Shown here: positions 46,552 through 54,082 of the stretch, piece by piece
Layout: every line of letters begins with the position of its first letter
Position numbering within the stretch: the stretch's first letter is position 1
DNA from: Armatimonadota bacterium
GTDB taxonomy: Bacteria; Armatimonadota; SYMT01
Assembly (NCBI GenBank): GCA_041690135.1
Contig: JAWLHY010000010.1
Span: forward strand, 128,001-192,000
Length of the DNA: 64,000 bases
Direction: 5' to 3'
Program-made: the position numbers and the translations under genes
The notes under the pieces: generated by a model
The model's database searches: none
Told to the model about the DNA's origin: nothing
What the model saw: only the letters and a program-made list of their open reading frames with translations

Positions 46552-46572
46552 AGGCCGGTTCAGGACTGCGGG

Positions 46573-46602
46573 ATTTTAGCATAGCGCCGCGCGGGTCTGC
46601 AA
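46573..46602 (-). promoter_or_regulatory. tRNA promoter
   Basis: TTGCAG-N18-TAAAAT with extended -10 TG. Confidence 0.6.
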
Positions 46603-46726
46603 GAGGTATTCTCGCGGGCTCGCCTCCTCTATCATTGTTCGGAAAGCACGCAACCCTGGCGACCGTAGCTTCGTATTATCTGCGTCGGCCTATTTGCTGT
46701 ATTCGGTGCATTTCTCGACCTGACCC

Positions 46727-47815
46727 ATGGCGACTATCAACTTCGGCAAATATGAGCTGACCCGGGAACTCGGCCGCGGAGCCATGGGGATCGTGTACGA
46801 GGCGCACGAGATTGGGCGGGGCGGAGAACTCGCGCTCAAGGTCATTACGATCAAGAACGGCGCTTCCCCGGAATCTCGGGCGCGGCAGCTGGAGCGATTC
46901 TCACGCGAGGCACGCGCCCTGTCTCAACTGAACCATCCCAACGTGGTGCGGTTGTTCGAGCGGGGTGAGATCGGTGGCCGTGCTTATTTCACCATGGAAC
47001 TGGTGCGCGGAACCACGCTCCGCGATCGGCTCCAGTTCCAGGGCGCTCTTTCCTTACCGGAACTGACGCGGCTGGCATTGGAAATGTGTGCGGCACTGGA
47101 CCACCTCCACGAGCATGGGGTGGTACACCGCGACGTGAAGCCGGACAACATCATGCTGATGCCGGACGGCAGTTCCAAGCTGATGGATTTCGGAATCGCC
47201 CTGCTGCTGTTCGAGGATAGTCAGGGAGCGAGTGGTTTTGAGGGCTCACCGGCCTACATGTCGCCCGAGCAGGTGGCCTCACGCCCGGTAGATGGACGCA
47301 CAGACATCTATTCCCTGGCAGTGACGCTCTACGAAGCCGCCACGGGAAAACGCGCATACGACGGGGACAGCATCGCGACCATCACCCAGAAGGTCGTTCA
47401 GGAATACCCCGCTCCCCCGCCCGGTATGCCGCTCCACTTCCAGGCGATCCTGATGCGGGCGATGGGAAAGAATCCGAATCACCGGTATCAACATGCCACG
47501 GAGATGGCTGCGGACCTGCGCGCCGCGCGGCTACCCCAGCGCCCTTCGGTAACTTCGCTCCCGGCCGCCCCGCCCAACCCAGGAACATTCCCGAACGTGG
47601 CGCCTCTGTCGGCTCAACCTTCTGGCACCCCGCCACACGCGACGACGCCCCCCCATCGCGCCGCGGCTCCTGGCATAGCCTGCCGGATCCACCCCGGCCG
47701 CGCGGGTGTGGCCCACTGCGAAGCTTGCGGCCATCCGATGTGCTACACGTGCATGCTGGAAATTCCACACCGGGGAACGATCTGTCGCACGTGCGCTTTC
47801 GGCCCCCGCCTTTGA
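46727..47815 (+). CDS. Hanks-type Ser/Thr kinase with C-terminal B-box-like zinc finger
   Basis: LGRGAMG, ALK, HRDVKPDN, DFG, YMSPEQ, Pro-rich linker, then CxxH...CxxC...CxxC...CxxC. Confidence 0.9.
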   Translation: MATINFGKYELTRELGRGAMGIVYEAHEIGRGGELALKVITIKNGASPESRARQLERFSREARALSQLNHPNVVRLFERGEIGGRAYFTMELVRGTTLRDRLQFQGALSLPELTRLALEMCAALDHLHEHGVVHRDVKPDNIMLMPDGSSKLMDFGIALLLFEDSQGASGFEGSPAYMSPEQVASRPVDGRTDIYSLAVTLYEAATGKRAYDGDSIATITQKVVQEYPAPPPGMPLHFQAILMRAMGKNPNHRYQHATEMAADLRAARLPQRPSVTSLPAAPPNPGTFPNVAPLSAQPSGTPPHATTPPHRAAAPGIACRIHPGRAGVAHCEACGHPMCYTCMLEIPHRGTICRTCAFGPRL

Positions 47816-47854
47816 GGCACGGGTCCGGACCGTAGGGCACCGCCGGCCGAACGA

Positions 47855-48247
47855 TTACTCGTTTTCCGGGCAGGAGTTCGGGGTCGCAGCCAGAGCCCGT
47901 CGAACCAGCGTGGCGATGTCGTCCGGGCGAAACGGCTTGGTGAGGTAATAATCGGCGCCGATATCGAGACCCAGCGTCACATCCTCCGGCTGGTCCTTCA
48001 CCGTCAGCAATACCACGAGTATGTGCCGGAGACGGGGGTCCGTCTTGATCCGGTTCAGCACGCGATAGCCGTCGAGCTTCGGCATGACCACATCGAGGAC
48101 CACCAGGTCCGGATGCTCAGCTTCCACGACTTCAAGCGCCCTTTCGCCGTCATGTGCGGTCAGCAGCGTGTAACCCTCGGAGCGGAGACACATCTGGAGG
48201 AGCCTTACGATGTCCGGATGGTCGTCGACGAGTAGGATCTTGGGCAT
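47855..48247 (-). CDS. Single-domain response regulator (REC)
   Basis: LLVDD, VLDVVMP, GADYYLTKPF. Confidence 0.92.
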   Translation of the reverse strand: MPKILLVDDHPDIVRLLQMCLRSEGYTLLTAHDGERALEVVEAEHPDLVVLDVVMPKLDGYRVLNRIKTDPRLRHILVVLLTVKDQPEDVTLGLDIGADYYLTKPFRPDDIATLVRRALAATPNSCPENE

Positions 48248-48359
48248 GGTTCGGAAAGGTACTTCGGTCAGGTGCGCAAGGGCAAAGCGGTGCTTGTCCT
48301 TAACTTACAGCTAAAATCGCCCGTCTTCAACCGGGCCGACCGAAGGAGGTATGGATCCG

Positions 48360-49394
48360 ATGAAACTCAAACACGCAATGCTTGCTGTCGGCGCGGGTGC
48401 TCTCCTGTGGGGATCGGGGTACCTGCACGCGCAGAGCGCCGCCACGCGCAAAGGCTGGACTCCGGGAAAAGGCTACGGTTGGGTGTGGGGCAAGAACGAC
48501 GAAGTGGGAGCCCTGAACACTCTCGGACCGGGAGACGTTAGGGAAGCCGCCCGCCTGATCCAACAGGGCAAGGTATACGATCTGGGGATCACCTACGACC
48601 GCACCTCGTTCAAGTGGCCGGGCCACTCCCCCGGTGAGGTCATTTCATTCCGCACGCCGGAAGGGGTGAAGCGCCAGAAGGATCTCGACTTCGTTTTCGG
48701 GCCGGGTAACAGTTCGGAAACGGCCTGGCACAGTTGCGCGCTTTTCATCAGCGATAACGTGGCCACCCAGATCGACGGCCTCGGGCACATAACGGTGGGG
48801 AAGGACAACCACTGGTACAACGGGTTCAAGGAGAGCGAGGCGGGGAGCAACTGGGGGATCCGCAAGTGCGGGGCCGAGACCATTCCGCCCATCGTCGCCC
48901 GCGGCGTGTTAATCGATGTCGCCGGTTACCTGAAGCAAGAGGCGCTACCCGCCGGGTTCGCGATTACCCCCAAGATCTTGCAGGACACGCTGGCGGCCCA
49001 GAAAACCACGCTGCGTCCGGGGGACGCGGTGTTCATCCGCACCGGCACACTGCGGTACTGGGGAGAGACCGGCAGCGACCATGAAAAGCTCAAGCAGCAC
49101 GACACGGCCGGTATCAATCTGGATGCGGCGAAATGGCTGGTCGGGGAGCAGGGAGCGGTACTGGTGGGTTCCGACACCAGCGGCCTTGAGGTGATGCCTC
49201 CGCCTGCGGGAAGCAATAGTTTCAATCCCGTCCATGTCTACCTGCTCATCGAACAGGGCGTGCACATCGGGGAGTTCCACAACCTGGAGGAACTCGCGAA
49301 GGATCGAGCTTACGAGTTCTTCTATGCCTGTTCCGTGAACAACATCAAAGGCGCGGTGGCCGGCTTCACCCTGCGCCCCATGGCCATTCGGTAG
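48360..49394 (+). CDS. Cyclase family (kynurenine formamidase-like) protein, secreted
   Basis: WGKNDEVGALN, TQIDGLGH, RGVLIDVA, GDAVFIRTG, HVYLL..GVHIGE. Signal peptide. RBS AAGGAGGT. Confidence 0.88.
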   Translation: MKLKHAMLAVGAGALLWGSGYLHAQSAATRKGWTPGKGYGWVWGKNDEVGALNTLGPGDVREAARLIQQGKVYDLGITYDRTSFKWPGHSPGEVISFRTPEGVKRQKDLDFVFGPGNSSETAWHSCALFISDNVATQIDGLGHITVGKDNHWYNGFKESEAGSNWGIRKCGAETIPPIVARGVLIDVAGYLKQEALPAGFAITPKILQDTLAAQKTTLRPGDAVFIRTGTLRYWGETGSDHEKLKQHDTAGINLDAAKWLVGEQGAVLVGSDTSGLEVMPPPAGSNSFNPVHVYLLIEQGVHIGEFHNLEELAKDRAYEFFYACSVNNIKGAVAGFTLRPMAIR

Positions 49395-49447
49395 GATTCA
49401 ATGACGGCTTGACACCTGACGGCTGCAGCCGCAGGCCGGAACGGCAA

Positions 49448-49488
49448 AAAGCGGAGAGGGGTTGCCGTGCCGAACCCCTCTCCGCTTT
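49448..49488. terminator. Bidirectional intrinsic terminator
   Basis: AAAGCGGAGAGGGGTT-N9-AACCCCTCTCCGCTTT between convergent genes. Confidence 0.75.
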
Positions 49489-49524
49489 GCCGGCGCTTCC
49501 AAAAGAGGCGCGCGTGTTCAGCCT

Positions 49525-50646
49525 TCAGAACCCGAGTGCGCGCAGTTCCTTCTTCAGGTCTTCCATTTGGTTTCCGGTCGCCCGCCAGCGGATCTTTCCG
49601 GTCTCATCCATCAGGTAGAAAGTCGGGTAAGCCGACACCTTATAGGCCGAAGCGACCGAGTCCTGGGTGCCGGAGAGCACCACAGGGAAGGTGACCTTGC
49701 TGTCTTTGACATAGGAAGCGACGGAAGGCGGAGAACCGTTCCAATTGACGGCAATCACCTCCAGCCCCTTCGGCTGAAGTTCGGCGTATAGCCGCTGGAG
49801 TTCAACCAGATCGGCAAGACACGTGGGGGACCCCTGGAACCAGAAGTACAACAGCGTGGCTTTCTTCCCTTTGCGCGCCTCGGCCAGGTAAAGGGACGTT
49901 CCATCCGCACTCAGCGCTGTGAATGCCGGTCCTTCCTGCCCCACCGCCAGCAGGCCTTGATCCGCGCTGGCGGACCTGTACGGTCGGTAGCCCTCGGGAG
50001 GGGTGTAGGCAAACTGGTCGGGGGACATGGCCGCGTTGGTCCGCAGGTTCTTGAGCCAGGTGGAGACGATGCGCGACCCCTTGGGCTGTGCGAACCGGAG
50101 CTCCACGCCCTCCAGCAGCCCGGTAGCCCCAAAGAACAGTTTTCGACTCTGCGGAGGCCGGTTCGACCGCACTTCCAGGATCTGGAATACTCTCCCCCCT
50201 TCATTCTGCTGGCCCACATACCGCGGTTGTTCACGCGCCAGCAGGCGGTCCGGGGAGAAAAAGGCGCTCACCGGCGAATACATGCCACCCACTCCGCCCA
50301 CGTTTTGCCCCTGTGGCGCAGCGGTGCTCTTCTGGAACCGCTTCACCTCTTCGGTGAGGACATAGAGGTCCCTTCCGTCCGACATTACCGCGCCCTTCGG
50401 CTTACCCGCGCTGTCGGTGAAGCGTATCTGTGCGAAATTGGGGCGCATCAGGCGCAGCGAGTAACGGAGGGTGTCCACCTGTCCTCCGGAATCGGTGGTG
50501 GTGACCATGTCCGCCGTCAACGTGCGGATGGAAGGGGCCATCTCCCGGCACCGTTTCAGCACGTTGTCGGCGCGGGTATCGGCCGATGCGCCACCGGCGG
50601 CGGCCAGGAGCGTCAGGGTCAGGAGCCAGGTTCGCTTGCGTGTCAT
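49525..50646 (-). CDS. LolA-like domain fused to TlpA/redoxin thioredoxin fold (SxxC)
   Basis: Signal peptide, LolA-like LMRPN..MSDG..FAYTPPEG, redoxin VGQEGPAF..FWFQGSPTC..AYPTFYL. Confidence 0.78.
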   Translation of the reverse strand: MTRKRTWLLTLTLLAAAGGASADTRADNVLKRCREMAPSIRTLTADMVTTTDSGGQVDTLRYSLRLMRPNFAQIRFTDSAGKPKGAVMSDGRDLYVLTEEVKRFQKSTAAPQGQNVGGVGGMYSPVSAFFSPDRLLAREQPRYVGQQNEGGRVFQILEVRSNRPPQSRKLFFGATGLLEGVELRFAQPKGSRIVSTWLKNLRTNAAMSPDQFAYTPPEGYRPYRSASADQGLLAVGQEGPAFTALSADGTSLYLAEARKGKKATLLYFWFQGSPTCLADLVELQRLYAELQPKGLEVIAVNWNGSPPSVASYVKDSKVTFPVVLSGTQDSVASAYKVSAYPTFYLMDETGKIRWRATGNQMEDLKKELRALGF

Positions 50647-50883
50647 TCGCCTCCCTCTTCACGTGCCGGTCAGACAAGCACCCATGTACCCGCAAAGAGG
50701 CGAGGCGTCAAATCCAAGGGGAGGAAACGCGCACAGAAGGGAAAATGAGTCATCGACAGGTAGCGGTGCATCCGCACGTTGACGCGTGAACAACGAACGC
50801 GGCGTGGAACCCGGGACCGTTCGGGCTTACCCTACCGTCATCGGAGTCTCGTCAACCAGGTACATGGATCAAGGAGCCCCGCG

Positions 50884-51813
50884 ATGTCCGTGGCAGCCAC
50901 TCATCCCAACACCCTCAAACCTGACGCTGCGACCCCGTCTCCGCTCCCCCGGCGGCGTTTCGGGAAAACGGGAGAATATGTCCCCGTGCTCGGCCTGGGC
51001 ACTGGGCCGGGCGGCATTGGATTGCCCGACGAACAGGCGATCCCCCTTTATGAGGCGGCGATTGACCAGGGGATCAGCTACCTCGACACGGCGCCGGGCT
51101 ACAACCGCGCCCACGCCCAATTGGGCCAGATTCTCCCCTCCCGCCGCGATGGGCTGTTCCTGGCTACTAAGTGTTTTGCCGCCACGGCCGAAGAGGCGCT
51201 GAGGATCCACGAGCAAAGCTTGCGCGACCTGCGCACCGACTGCGTGGACCTGCTCTACGCGCACTGCATCGGCTCCTTCGAACCCGAACAACTGCTGGCC
51301 CCGGACGGAGTCTTCGCCGGGTTGATCGAAGCGCGACGACGTGGGTGGACGCGCTACATCGGGTTCACGGCGCACCACCTCCCCGGCCGGGTTGAACGGG
51401 TGATGGCGGAAGTGCTGCGCGGCAACCTCGAGATCGACGCGGTGATGCTGGCGATGAACTATATTGACCGGCACACCTATGGCTTCGAGGAGCGCATTCG
51501 GCCCCTGGCGGAAAAGCTCGACCTGGGGATCGCCTGCATGAAGGTGTACGGCGGAACGCGGGCGATGGACTACGAGAAGAACCGCGACTCGGCCCTCGGC
51601 GAACGCAACCATCGGGAAGCATTCCGGTATGCGTTGGGCCTTCCCGGCATCTCCGTAGCCGTCGTCGGCATGTACACCCTGGAGGAAGTAGAGCAAAACA
51701 TCGCCTGGGCCCGTTCGTGGGAGCTCTTGACGGGCGAAGAGTTGGAACGGCTAACCGTCCAGGGGCGTGAGATCGCGTCCGAGTGGGGTCCCCACTTCGG
51801 GGATGTGGAGTAG
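50884..51813 (+). CDS. Aldo/keto reductase
   Basis: RRFGKTG..LGLGT, LDTAPGY, LATK, DLLYAH, IGFTAH, MKVYGG. RBS AAGGAG. Confidence 0.9.
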   Translation: MSVAATHPNTLKPDAATPSPLPRRRFGKTGEYVPVLGLGTGPGGIGLPDEQAIPLYEAAIDQGISYLDTAPGYNRAHAQLGQILPSRRDGLFLATKCFAATAEEALRIHEQSLRDLRTDCVDLLYAHCIGSFEPEQLLAPDGVFAGLIEARRRGWTRYIGFTAHHLPGRVERVMAEVLRGNLEIDAVMLAMNYIDRHTYGFEERIRPLAEKLDLGIACMKVYGGTRAMDYEKNRDSALGERNHREAFRYALGLPGISVAVVGMYTLEEVEQNIAWARSWELLTGEELERLTVQGREIASEWGPHFGDVE

Positions 51814-51973
51814 GCCGCCGGATCTTCAGGGTCTCGCAAGCAGCTCGGCAGGTGCGTGGGACCTCTGGCTGCAAGGCACTAACTCCGCGCCGCGTAGGAG
51901 GATGGCAGCCGGAGAACGAACAGGGGGCCGGAAACCCGGCCATTCTGGCCGGCCGTGTTGGGAGCTACGAACC

Positions 51974-53239
51974 ATGCCGCAATCCCTGGACCGACGGTCT
52001 CTACTCGCTTCCCTGGCTGCTATTGTGCCGTCCGGGAGCGCATTGGCACGCACACTGGCAGCGGCGCCTGAAGAGAACCTACCGCCGGTGCGAGCCATCA
52101 CACGGGGTCCGAAATTCCACTGGTTTGGCTATTACGACAAGCTGGAGATCGATCCCACGGGCCGCTACGTGCTGAGCAACGAGGTTGACTTCGAACACCG
52201 TTCGCCGACCCCCGACGAAGTGATCAAGGTCGGCATGGTTGACCTGCAAGACCACGACCGCTGGATCGAGTTGGGCGAAAGCCGGGCCTGGAACTGGCAG
52301 CAGGGGTGCATGCTGCAGTGGCTGCCGGGATCCAGGACGGAGGTCCTTTGGAACGACCGGGTTGGGGATCGCTTCGTTTGCCACATCCTGAACGTGAAGA
52401 CCGGCAAGAAACGGACCCTGCCGGCGCCGGTCTACACCGTGAGCCCGGATGGAAAGTGGGGTTTTTCCCCCGACTTCCGCCGCCTCAACGATACCCGACC
52501 CGGCTATGGCTACGCGGGTCTCCCGGACCCCAACCGGGAGGTGCTGGTCCCCGAGGACGCGGGCATCTGGAAGATCGACCTGCGAAGCGGTAAGGAGCAG
52601 TTGGTTCTCTCCCTTGCCGACGCGGCCCGGATCCCCTACACCAACGGAGACTGGACCGGAGCGAAGCACTGGTTCAACCACTTGCTGGTCAATACGGACG
52701 GAACGCGGTTCATCTTCCTCCACCGCTGGCGCGGGGCCAAGGAGGGGCGTGGATTTGCCACCCGTATGTTCACCGCCGGCACGAACGGGAAGGATCTCCA
52801 CGTGCTGGATCCTTACGGGCGCACTTCGCACTTCATCTGGCGCGACCCGGACCACGTGTTGGCGTGGGCGTTCCACCCCTCGCTCGGCAAAGACCGCTTC
52901 TTCCTCTACCGGGACCGCACGGACCGAGTGGAAGCCGTGGGCCCGGAGGTGATGACGGTCAATGGCCATTGCACCTATCTACCCGGGAACCGCTGGATCC
53001 TCAACGACACCTATCCGGACCGTGAACGTAAACAAAATCCCTATCTCTACGAAGTGATGAGTGGGAAACGAGTACCGCTAGGCCACTTCCATTCCCCTCC
53101 GGCCTATACCGGAGAGTGGCGCTGCGATACCCATCCCCGCTTTAGCCCCGACGGTACGAAAGTGGTGATCGACTCGCCACACGGGGGGAACGGTCGACAA
53201 CTTTACCTGATCGACATCAGCGAGATCGTCCGGAGTTGA
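51974..53239 (+). CDS. Tat-exported beta-propeller protein (oligogalacturonate lyase/TolB-like)
   Basis: DRRSLL leader, HWFGYYDK, WNWQQG, HWFNH, GHCTY, DTYPD, RCDTHPRFSPDG. Confidence 0.78.
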   Translation: MPQSLDRRSLLASLAAIVPSGSALARTLAAAPEENLPPVRAITRGPKFHWFGYYDKLEIDPTGRYVLSNEVDFEHRSPTPDEVIKVGMVDLQDHDRWIELGESRAWNWQQGCMLQWLPGSRTEVLWNDRVGDRFVCHILNVKTGKKRTLPAPVYTVSPDGKWGFSPDFRRLNDTRPGYGYAGLPDPNREVLVPEDAGIWKIDLRSGKEQLVLSLADAARIPYTNGDWTGAKHWFNHLLVNTDGTRFIFLHRWRGAKEGRGFATRMFTAGTNGKDLHVLDPYGRTSHFIWRDPDHVLAWAFHPSLGKDRFFLYRDRTDRVEAVGPEVMTVNGHCTYLPGNRWILNDTYPDRERKQNPYLYEVMSGKRVPLGHFHSPPAYTGEWRCDTHPRFSPDGTKVVIDSPHGGNGRQLYLIDISEIVRS

Positions 53240-53251
53240 ACGGCTCGGCGG

Positions 53252-53680
53252 CTACTTCCGCCGAGCCAGGGCGAGCAGCAGCAGAGCCACCAGAAAGAAG
53301 GCTCCCATCCCGGCGTTCAACCAGGCAAGGACCAGCGACGCTCCCGTAAGCTCCAGCTTGACCGCGGGGGCTTCGACACTAACGCCCGCGAGGAGTGGGG
53401 CCGGCAGGCTCAAGAGAGCGAGCAGCGCACCGGTCCAGAGCGCCCATCGGCCTCTCATCCGAATGCCGTAGACCACCAGACCGCGGAGAAGCATCAGCCC
53501 AGCAGGCACGAGAACGGTCGCCCCGCGCACCGTGGCGTCCGAAGTGGCGAAGGTAACGATCGCCGCTGCGGTTGCCACAAGGGTCGCAGCGACTGCCGCT
53601 GTGAGGAGCAGGTTCCAGGCCAACTTACCGCGGCCAGGATCGGCGCCATCGCCGGGATGAATAGGAATTTCAGGTCTCAT
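53252..53680 (-). CDS. Hypothetical four-TM membrane protein
   Basis: 142 aa with four hydrophobic segments. Confidence 0.5.
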   Translation of the reverse strand: MRPEIPIHPGDGADPGRGKLAWNLLLTAAVAATLVATAAAIVTFATSDATVRGATVLVPAGLMLLRGLVVYGIRMRGRWALWTGALLALLSLPAPLLAGVSVEAPAVKLELTGASLVLAWLNAGMGAFFLVALLLLALARRK

Positions 53681-53934
53681 GAGGGGTGGATACCACCGGG
53701 CGGGTTAAGGGTGACATGTTCCTCGTCGGGATTCCGGTCGCGCGAGTGCAGCCGCCTTGTTGCCCACCTGGCCGCGGAGGTCGCGACCGGAAATCCGGCA
53801 CGACTCCGGGCACGAGACTCACGCCTGCGAACGTATTCAATCGCGGTACCGCTCACCGCGAAAAGACACAGCTTCACGCCCGATTTTAAAGTGGGATTTA
53901 CTAAATTCCAGGCAGGCGAGGGGACTGTGTTTTC

Positions 53935-53963
53935 TTGACACCCTTAGAGGCCGTCAGTATAAT
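53935..53963 (+). promoter_or_regulatory. Perfect consensus sigma70 promoter of secDF
   Basis: TTGACA-N17-TATAAT. Confidence 0.85.
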
Positions 53964-54082
53964 TGCGCGGATTCCTGGGGCGCTTCTCTGCTCGCCGCAG
54001 GCGCTATTTTACGTGTGAACCGGGCCAATTCCGCCCCCGTTCGAGTTATTGAATCCCGGAACGTGTCCATCAGGAGGACATT

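Noticed and set aside
49820-49835. Selenocysteine (UxxC) in the redoxin domain
   Set aside because: The codon is TCC (Ser), not TGA.
53677-53889. Short ORFs upstream of secDF
   Set aside because: No RBS or recognisable features. The region is probably divergent promoter sequence.
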